Positions 12,987 to 22,590 of a stretch of 64,000 nucleotides of DNA are shown piece after piece. The notes under the pieces are model-generated. The model was not told the origin of the DNA. It made no database searches and worked only from the letters and a program-made list of their open reading frames with translations. The stretch spans positions 89,032,001 to 89,096,000 of the forward strand of contig NC_043006.1 of assembly GCF_006345805.1 (NCBI RefSeq), written 5' to 3'. The position numbers were made by a program, and so were the translations under genes. Position 1 is the first letter of the stretch; every line of letters starts with the position of its first letter. Source of the stretch: Octopus sinensis (lineage: Eukaryota).

Positions 12987-13188
12987 ATATTAGAAGAAAT
13001 GAGGTACTCAGAAATTAGTATTTTACATATTTTTATAAATCATATATCATATATCAGCGCTTTCGTCCACTCTAGTGGACGAAAGCACTAATAAATGATA
13101 TATGATATATAAAAATATGTAACATACTAATAAATAACTGTAAATATAAAACCATCCAGATTTCTGAGTACCTCATTTCTTCTAATAT
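12987..13188. repeat. About 200-bp foldback palindrome centred at 13072/13073
   Basis: Left arm ATATTAGAAGAAATGAGGTACTCAGAAAT..GCTTTCGTCCACT pairs with right arm AGTGGACGAAAGC..ATTTCTGAGTACCTCATTTCTTCTAATAT; the right arm has about 30 extra bases. Confidence 0.95.
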
Positions 13189-13189
13189 G

Positions 13190-13227
<38 letters not shown>

Positions 13228-13778
13228 TTATACACATTCGCCCAACGAATGTTCATGGTGTACCCTATGAACGTTCGCCCAACGACATGGAATCCCGGAA
13301 TTTAAAAAATTTTTATACTTGCATATAATTACTGTTTATTCTTAAACATATTTTTACAACCCCACGAATAATTTCATGATTTTGTTTAAAAATTCCAAAT
13401 CCGTATATATTCTCTGACGAAGGAAATGTGAATTACCGAAGTTCAAAAGGTCTTAACTACACACTTCTACGCACATACCCGGAAACTGCCGTAAGACTTT
13501 CTATTTATTGGATTCCTTTAAGGACTTAGCTTTTGGATTATCGTGAACTGCTATTTCATCAGCTTGAACTTCCTTAATTTATCTGTATGTATTTATGCAA
13601 TTACTTATCCGACTTTGATTTGAGCACGGGATTACACTATTATACGTATATATATGTTTTTGTATGTTATGTGTTCGCATGCTTATAATGGCTTAATATA
13701 TACCCCTCTGTTTAGATATGTGTCGGCTTTGATGAGGAGTATTATTGACATTGGAACTTGTCTCCTTCAAATTAATAC

Positions 13779-13823
<45 letters not shown>

Positions 13824-13839
13824 CATATATACATATAGA

Positions 13840-13985
13840 TATGTAAAAATAAGTCAAAATAGAAAATGCTATAATAATTTTATAGTGAACATTTCAGTAC
13901 CGGTTTCGGTCATTTTGAGACCTTTTCAACTGTAACGATTAAATAATTAAATTTAGAAAAATTAGAAGAAAAGTTTTTTTAAGGA
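13840..13985 (-). mobile_element. Short Penelope pLTR-like repeat, copy 2 of the UUGAAAA-hammerhead family
   Basis: Homologous to 6007-6180 and 19712-19860; abuts (TA)n. Confidence 0.6.
13890..13937 (-). ncRNA. Type I minimal hammerhead-like ribozyme with U3-A8 variant core
   Basis: Minus strand CGTTACAG TTGAAAA GGTC TCAAAAT GACC GAAAC CG GTA CTGAAATG. Stem I pairs at 7 of 8 positions, stem II is 4 bp, stem III is palindromic ACCGGT, and the cleavage triplet is GUA. Confidence 0.65.
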
Positions 13986-14085
13986 ATATTTCTATAGTAG
14001 TGTTCAGATATAAGTGGCATTCTGCTTTCTCTGACTCCCTTGTTTGCACTTGTGTGTTGTGAGTTCTTGGTAGGGTAGATGAAGA

Positions 14086-14089
<4 letters not shown>

Positions 14090-14155
<66 letters not shown>

Positions 14156-14160
14156 ATTAT

Positions 14161-14220
<60 letters not shown>

Positions 14221-14236
14221 TATTATATATATATAT
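14090..14236. repeat. Interrupted (TA)n microsatellite
   Basis: Directly visible; a similar tract lies at 14538-14632. Confidence 0.95.
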
Positions 14237-14535
14237 AAGGTTAATCCAAACGGGAAAACAGAAAAAACAACAACACGTGGAACAATTACAGTATTATTAT
14301 TATTAGGCGCTCAGGAAAATGGAAGAAATTAAGTTAATCCAAACATGAAAACACAAAGAGAAAACACAACAACGCGAGGACGTGGAACAAGTATAGTGTT
14401 TTTGGACGCTCAGGAAAGGAAAGAAAGAAGGAGGATTTAATGTTTCGAGCGGATCTCTTCGTCAGAAACATAGGAAAAGGAAAGATCCAAAGAAGGGAAG
14501 ACAGAGGAAAAACATCGCCAACAATACACACGCGG
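14237..14535 (-). mobile_element. Penelope pLTR-like short repeat inserted in (TA)n, with an internal partial duplication
   Basis: GTTAATCCAAAC..ACGTGGAACAA..CGCTCAGGAAA occurs twice; contains a hammerhead core; related in layout to 20437-20612. Confidence 0.55.
14435..14470 (-). ncRNA. Minimal hammerhead ribozyme motif (canonical core, extra A after A9, G16.2 mutated)
   Basis: Minus strand TGTTT CTGACGA A GAG ATCCG CTC GAAAC ATT AAAT. Confidence 0.55.
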
Positions 14536-14581
14536 TATGTATATATATATATTATAATATATATATATATATATATATTAT

Positions 14582-14629
<48 letters not shown>

Positions 14630-14757
14630 TATATTAAATTAGAGATAAAACCACTATTAGGCAAATCAAACAGTGAAAAACATAAGCCAATACATAAGAT
14701 TAATTAAAAATATAAAAGTTAAAAATAAAAAATTATTTAAATAATTTAAACTTATAC

Positions 14758-14798
<41 letters not shown>

Positions 14799-14902
14799 GT
14801 ATATTTTTATATTTATATATTATTTTATTTATTAATTAATTCATTCAATTTTTTCTTATATCAAAAGTACTATTAAAAGTTTAATAAAAGATAAAGAGTA
14901 AA

Positions 14903-14998
14903 ACACTACGATCGTTTCATGGCTGTACCAATTCGAATAACAATAATTTAAATTCAATTAATAATTCGAGTTATGGTTACAGTCAATCTTCAGGTTAA
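14903..14998 (-). ncRNA. Decayed hammerhead-like motif with long stem II
   Basis: Minus strand CTGAAGA TTGACTGTAACCA..TCGAAT..ATTCGA..TGGTACAGCCAT GAAAC GATC GTA; palindromic ACGATCGT stem III. Confidence 0.45.
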
Positions 14999-15379
14999 TT
15001 GAAATATTTTAAAAATAATCAGAAATATTTAAACAATATTTTTAAGATATAAATAATATAATAATCTTACTTATAATAAACTCTATTATCAAACTAGAAA
15101 CTTAAAACTTAACAATTATGATTATATCAAAATCGATTATAATGTTAAATATTAATTTTAATTTATAAGGTAGGAAACCCACCAATAATCTAATATCGGT
15201 AATAGTCTATATCTAATTACATAAATATTTTTTAAAAATGATTATTATATATAAATTATCAATGAAAATATTTAAATGTATATAAATATTATAATTAAGA
15301 TCTAAAATAATCTCTATAAATAAATATATATGCACATATAATAAAAACCTAATAAATTAATTTTTCATATTTAAAGATG

Positions 15380-15640
15380 AAATAGCTAATTTCAAAAATA
15401 CAAACAAACAAACTTAAACGAACTTTCGGAAATCTTATGTAAAATACTTATAGAAATAATCAATTCGTAGTTATATAGTATCTAATAAATACTATAAATA
15501 CTATAAATATAATTATCAATGGGAATAACTAGCGAATATCAAGTTAAAAAAACAATAACTAAGTTATGCTATTAAGTTAGACGTGGCCTGGACCAATCTT
15601 TAGTCGAAACATATCTAAGTTTATCAAAGTTTATCTAATT
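15380..15640 (+). mobile_element. Strongly AT-eroded 3' end of a CR1/L2-group LINE
   Basis: TGCTATTAAGTTAGACGTGGCCTGGACCAAT..CTAAGTTTATC matches the LINE tail at 20363-20427. Confidence 0.6.
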
Positions 15641-17329
15641 TTAATTATAAGAAATTTAAAACTACAATTAATACTATTAATACATGTATATACAGAAGCC
15701 TAACTTTAGACACCTCGTATACTTGCTATCAAATAACAAATCTATCGCTAAGTAGTATCTTACGAATAAACTTAAATTTAATATAGAAATTTAATATAGA
15801 AAATTACGATAATTAGATCATTACATAAACAACGATATTTACATAAGGAAAATATTATTACACCAAAGACTTATAAAATATTAAAATTTACAATTTAAAG
15901 ATCTTAAATATAAATACTTATCTTAGCGAGGTTTTGTAATGAACTAAAATTTTGAATCGGAAAACGTCTTTACAGCGTTTATAAGAATACTCGTGGAATT
16001 ATGTTATTAGCAAAAAAAAAATAAATTGTTGAAGAATTCCTTAAGCGTGAGGAACAAATACGTTTTATCAATGAATATTGTGAATGGAAACATTAATGGT
16101 TTATCAGGGTAAATAGAATGAAGTCACAAATAAAGAATAAAATCACTCTATACTATAAGAGTTATTAATAAAATAACTATGATAAATAATACTTAATACA
16201 AAATAAATTAAATAATTCAAATGATTAAAAACCACTAATTATTAAATATATTCTAAAAATCTTTTTTATAGTAACCCCTCCTCGTACTATAAAGTCTTTC
16301 CCCATGCTCTTATAATTATAAGCTAAAATTAGTGATCATAACCAAAATCTCTAAAATACTTATCAAAATTTGCAGTATAACTATACATACGTATACATAT
16401 ATATATAAATATACATACATATGTATGTATATTTATATATATATGTATACGTATGTATATATACACATACATACACACATACATACATATACATATATAC
16501 ACACATATATACACACACATACACACATACACATATGCACACACATACATACATGTACATACATACAATACTCAATATATACACATACACCTATATACAC
16601 ACGCCCACACACACACACATAAATAAATAAATGTATATACATATACATATATATACACGCACATCAACATATACACATATATACATACACACACAAACAC
16701 ATATATCATATATTAAATACGTATATAAATATCTATATTCATACTACAATACAAAAATAGAGGTAAACATTAAGTTTAATCTAAATATTTAATTTTACTA
16801 ATCTATACTTCTATATTAAATAAAATAGATTAAATAAACAACTAAATAAATCTATTTCAAATATAAAGAGATTACATACAAATAGATTAATATAACAAAA
16901 TTATAATTTAACAAAATTATAACAGAAATATAACAAAATATATAAACTTAACTTTATTATAAGATAAATAAAATTGTAACTTACCAAACTCTATATTCAA
17001 TAAACCATTAAATATTTATTAAAAAATATATTTAGTAATAAAATAAACAACTATATATAATCTAACTATAATTAAAAACAGAACCTAAATAACTAAAATA
17101 AACTAATATAAGTACTACAAATCACCTGCTATATTTAGAATACTATTACATAAATCAACAAATAAGGAGCTAATTAAGGCTAAGAAATATTCATTATTTA
17201 TCAATAAATTTATTATATAAGTAGAGTAACTTGTGTCTGCATTTTAGTTTGCGCTCATCCCAGGTATTCACTAAATTATCATGCTTATAAAATAAAATTT
17301 CCTTAAACTCAATTGAACATAAATAACAA

Positions 17330-17930
17330 AAATTCCCTCCTATACTATAATTAGTAGAAGGTCATCCCTATATAAACCACCCTCTATTTTTAAATTTTCT
17401 AATTGGAGTTCAGATAAAAGATAAATACCTACTAAATCCGTAGCTTGTGCAGAATCAGGTGCTCCCATAGGTATATCAAAAAAGTCCCTAGTATCTTTCC
17501 TAGCCCATAATTTATTTATATATTTTATAAACGATTTCCTAGCCATTTTAATTACATTAATCTCTTCAAAAGTCATTCAACTTTATTCATTGCAAAAATA
17601 AGGGCCTTATTAAACACAATTTCATTAATAGAAGAATAGTAATTATCTATATCTATTTGAATAAATTTATATCGATTTTTATCTTTAATATTATTAAACC
17701 AATTTAAAGTATTATTATTACTAAACCATAATTTTAAGTAATTAAGTTTATTTAATTTATTAATATATTTATCTAAAATAAGTTTACTCAATTTACCAAG
17801 GTCAGATTTACATGGACAAATTAATCTAACTTTAGGGTCTGAATAAAAATTATCTTTATGGTCTTATGTGTAATAACAATGATTATATATATGTTATCAA
17901 CTATATATGCCTCCATCCTAATAACGGTGT
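17330..17930 (-). pseudogene. Penelope-like (Naiad-type) reverse transcriptase remnant
   Basis: DHKDNFYSDPKVRLICPCKSDLGKLSKLILDK; KFIQIDIDNYYSSI; FDIPMGAPDSAQATDLVGIYLL..GGLYRDDL. These match the Naiad/Chlamys RT signature FDVxMGSxDGAExCELVG..GLYRDD. Confidence 0.8.
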
Positions 17931-18956
17931 CAGTAATACTCAATACCAATCACAGGACTAACAAACTTCGCAGACCCCGATGCGACTAATAATGAGTCGC
18001 TCATAATGCGTGTCAGTGTGCCTTATATTTGCCCTCTGGAGGGCAATTATTTATGCTATCACGTTGTATCTAAATATACCTTTACCATCGCATGGGACCA
18101 CTCCGCCAGAATTTACATTGGTACAACGATCGTATTTAAGCGCAGCTATCTTGCACAAGCTCTTTATCAGATATTAGTAGAAAACGATCTGCTTCCCTGG
18201 TCACCCACATCTACTACATAAAGCTGAGAGTATTCTTATAACGTTTCCTGGTCCAAACTTAGTAGTGAAATTCCGTACATTGGAAGCTTAGGATTTGTAA
18301 TTTATATTGCCGCGCGTACCTCAGAAGATTACGTCACAATGAGATTTCCTTCCTTATTCGCTTTGCTGATGTAATTACCATGTGCTACCATAAACACATC
18401 AAAATGTTCTCTCATTACCATAAGTCTTTATGTTCTAACCGAACTAATTAAGCACGCCTTTCTACTCTACCCTCCACAATGATTCCGCCCCCTTTACTGT
18501 TGTACAGTTGTACCGCTAAATTTAACACCAAACAGGGTTTTCAAGTTTTTCTTCTTTCTCTCACCAGCGCGCCTTACATCTATTCCCTCCCCAATTTTGC
18601 TCACCCGTGTCCTCGGTACGACGGACACCTCGTTATCGTCTTCTTTACAGTCTTTTCTTTTCTCCGTTACCGATGATAATTTACCGCATATTATGCGTCT
18701 ACTTGCGCATCTGTATCGATCACCCATCAAATTTCTTTTTTATTTCTCACTTTTAATTTCTTCTTCGCCAGACACTGACTTTCCTTTGATCTAGCCTACT
18801 TTCCTTCTTTTATTGCCAATTTTATCTCTTTTTTTTCTTAGTGTTGTTAACTGACGTTCTTTAATTACTAACTTAACTTGAGCACTACCCCTATTATCCT
18901 TCCATCGTATCTTTCCATTGATGTTCTCCACTCTTCTTATTTCGTTGCCTGTTGAA

Positions 18957-18996
<40 letters not shown>

Positions 18997-19416
18997 CTCT
19001 ATTAAGCTAATTGCCAGTTTTCTGGTGGGATTACATGACTTTGCATCAGGGTGTCTCAAAATCTGTGCTAATTCATACGCCAGCAATATTATTGGACCTC
19101 ATTACATAATACACGTGGTTATTGCAGAAGCCATTGTTTACCCAAAACAGCTGTAAAGATAAGACGTGTTTATATCATTCATTTATTCATATATAATATT
19201 TTCATGTAATTATACTCCTTACGCTTACGTTTGTTTATCTATCTTTTTTGCTTCCATACCCGCTCAATAAAGATCGTTCTTATAGCCGACTTCCTATGTC
19301 ACAGCTTTCTGCCCTGGATGTGGGTGTTAGAATTTCAGTTTCGGATTTATTTGAGAAGTGCCTGGTAACTATCTGCACCAAACTTGCTTTAGCAATCTTC
19401 AACACACACACACAAT

Positions 19417-19453
<37 letters not shown>

Positions 19454-19608
19454 ATACATATAGATATATGCATATACATATATACGTATATATGTTACAT
19501 GCACCTACAAGCAGACATTTACACACAAACATCTATACATACATACATTTACTTATATGTGTGTGTGTGTATTATGCATAGATATGTGCGTAAATGAGTT
19601 CATATATT

Positions 19609-19860
<252 letters not shown>

Positions 19861-19959
19861 TGTTTTAATGTTTCATATAGATTTCAAATGTAAGAGACAT
19901 TTTCCTTTTTTGTAAGCTCCCCAAAGGTCAATCACAAAAAAGATAGATGGCATGTCAGA

Positions 19960-20430
19960 CATTGACTACTGTATTCACTCCAACGACGCCGTGAACGCTA
20001 CATTATCTGTATGATGTGGAAAATATTCCATCAGCACTGTCCGAATGATGTTGGCATCACCATCAAAATACATCCAAGGCTTGGACCACGTGCCATCCGT
20101 CCACAACAAAAATCTAAATCGCATCACATAACGACAATACGGCACAATTATTTCACCTTAATTGGACCCGCTCTCTTCAACATTACACCAGGACACGTCA
20201 AAAAAGAAACTGACCACACAAAATTCAAGAAGTCTTTGGACAAATTCCTTCAAACAGTCCCGGACAAACCACCCACACCCGGATATGTCTCCGCAAACAA
20301 TAACTCTCTGCTCGAATGGGCCTCGGTGACCAAATCCTGAATTGAAAGACTTCGCCAGGTGGTGCTATTAAGTTAGACATGGCCTGGGCCAATACTGGCC
20401 AAAACCTTTCTAAGTTATTCTAAGTTATAT
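19960..20430 (+). mobile_element. 5'-truncated CR1/L2-group LINE 3' end
   Basis: ORF 20011-20340 ends HNYFTLIGPALFNITP..KFKKSLDKFLQTVPDKPPTPGYVSANNNSLLEW, followed by a short 3' UTR and a CTAAGTTATT tail repeat. Clade assignment is tentative. Confidence 0.7.
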
Positions 20431-20436
20431 ATATAT

Positions 20437-20612
20437 AGGGAGAATTCACAAAAACAAACGACTAAGACAGGTGGTGTAGACAACAAAGAGATGTATTAGT
20501 ATAACGCTCGGGAATTGAAAAAGTCTTTAACGTTTCGAGCCCACGCTCTTCCACAGAAAGGAATACAGAAAGAAACAAGGAGAGAAAATAAAGAATGTGT
20601 AGTGGCTAGCGA
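20437..20612 (-). mobile_element. Penelope pLTR-like short repeat carrying a hammerhead motif
   Basis: Layout similar to 14237-14535; flanked by TA repeats. Confidence 0.55.
20523..20560 (-). ncRNA. Minimal hammerhead motif (A6 mutated)
   Basis: Minus strand CTTT CTGTGGA A GAGC GTGG GCTC GAAAC GTT AAAG: 4-bp stem I, 4-bp stem II, palindromic AACGTT. Confidence 0.5.
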
Positions 20613-20779
20613 TCTAATGGTAATATACATAAGGAGAGAGAGATGCTTTCATATAATAATACACACACACTCACACACACACTAATTTCTCCTCCTTGAA
20701 ACCTCTCGTCGGTTTCAACAAGCCGTATTCCATTTTGCTTAATCAACTGAAAATTCTATTCATTTAATTTTAATGTAAG

Positions 20780-20910
20780 TGGTTGAGTATTCCACAAACA
20801 CATATACCCTTAACATAACTGTCAAGACGAATGATTGTGACGATATCTGTGACAAGTGATTCAACTCGGGACCTCATAGTGGCCAAACTAACTTTTTAAC
20901 CACACTGCCA
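20780..20910 (-). mobile_element. tRNA-headed SINE fragment
   Basis: Minus strand GTGGCAGTGTGGTTAA..GAGTTGAATC (A/B-box-like). Confidence 0.45.
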
Positions 20911-21227
20911 CGCAGTCCCTCCATTGTTGTACGCATTTAACAGAAATGTGGAACCTTAGCGTGCAGGTTCAAAGAATTCAGCATACCAACCAACTGGGTA
21001 GCTACCTGTAAAAATAGCAAAAAATCTCAACTACTTCTCTCGAATTACAATACCAAGATAAATCATGTTTTATTAAAAGGAACACGGCTAAGAATGTCTT
21101 TGATTAATGCCCTGTTGTATTATGTTGTATTATGAAGGGTCGTTAGACCAGTACGAGAGCAAAATAGTGAACGCTGGGAGAAATATTTTCTTTGAAAGGA
21201 GAAAAGATAGAAGAGAGAAAAAATGCC

Positions 21228-21293
<66 letters not shown>

Positions 21294-21354
21294 TTCTATA
21301 AGGGTTACTCTCGGACTAAATAAAGACTACACGCATACTAAATATTCTATTTAC

Positions 21355-21660
21355 ATTTGGTACATGGCCTAGTGGTTAGAGTGTTGCACTCGCGATCGCG
21401 AAAGCGTAGTTTCAGTTCTTAGACTGGGTGGTGTGTTGTGTTCCTGAACAAAACACTTTACCTCACGTTGCTTTGCGATCAATTCGAAACCTGGCACGTA
21501 GTACACTGTACACCTGTTCAGGCAACGTCGATTTGATGGAGAGAGTAAGCTATTCTACAGCACATACATTTTATCACTATAGATAAACCATTTGTGCAGG
21601 TCGTTCGTCAAAAACTGCACACTCATACGTCGTTTTCGACGAAAGAGTCGATCATTATTA
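21355..21660 (+). mobile_element. tRNA-derived SINE with family A-type head and different body
   Basis: TGGCCTAGTGGTTAGAGTG head; AAAACACTTTACCTCACGTTGCT shared with family A. Confidence 0.6.
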
Positions 21661-21741
21661 ACATACGACACATACACATACATGCTCATACACGTATACA
21701 TTACACGCACACACGCACACACACACACACATGCGCGCACA

Positions 21742-21770
21742 CTATCTATCTATCTAGCTAGCTAGCTAGC

Positions 21771-21859
<89 letters not shown>

Positions 21860-21909
21860 GGACGGAAGGACAGATTGACAGACAGACAGACACACACACA
21901 CAGACATAC

Positions 21910-22005
<96 letters not shown>

Positions 22006-22063
22006 GGACGGACGGACGGATGGACAGATTGACAGACAGACACACACACACACACAGACATAC

Positions 22064-22100
<37 letters not shown>

Positions 22101-22101
22101 C

Positions 22102-22135
<34 letters not shown>

Positions 22136-22205
22136 GGACAGACAGACAGACAGACGGACGGAAGGACAGATTGACAGACAGACACACACACACACACAGA
22201 CATAC

Positions 22206-22290
<85 letters not shown>
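21742..22290. repeat. Compound (TATC)/(CTAG)/(GATA)/(GACA)/(CA) microsatellite with three roughly 150-bp higher-order units
   Basis: GGAAGGACAGATTGACAGACAGAC..CACAGACATACAGATAG recurs at about 21864, 22018 and 22160. Confidence 0.9.
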
Positions 22291-22291
<1 letters not shown>

Positions 22292-22590
22292 CTTTCTTTT
22301 ATTAGCCACACAGGGCTGAATACAGAGGGGACAAATACAAATGCAGAGCTTTTCTTTTCGAGGGTGGAAAAAAAAGAAAATAAATGTAAGATTGCGATCA
22401 AAAGGGATCGAGAGGAGGAAAAAAAAGAAAAGAAATGGTGTATCACAGAAATAATGATAAAAACATTGATAAAGCAAGATTGGGTTCATCCGTGGGAAGA
22501 AAAGCCTACAGAAAAAGACCACGGGAACCTCAGTCAGGGAGGAAATAACCACATGAGATCAAAATGCTCTCTTTCTTTCTTTTTTACGAT

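Noticed and set aside
13405-13452. Plus-strand CTGACGA-A-GG..CC-GAAG motif
   Set aside because: GAAAC is broken and stem I is weak; at best a dead Penelope-end remnant.
14640-17300. Mitochondrial insertion (NUMT), suggested by AT richness and G-poor skew
   Set aside because: No open frame in the part tested under the invertebrate mitochondrial code and no rRNA/tRNA similarity recognised; the identifiable parts are retroelement-derived.
18006-18960. Short ORFs upstream of the Naiad RT remnant as a gene or ORF1
   Set aside because: No recognisable motif and multiple stops; left unassigned.
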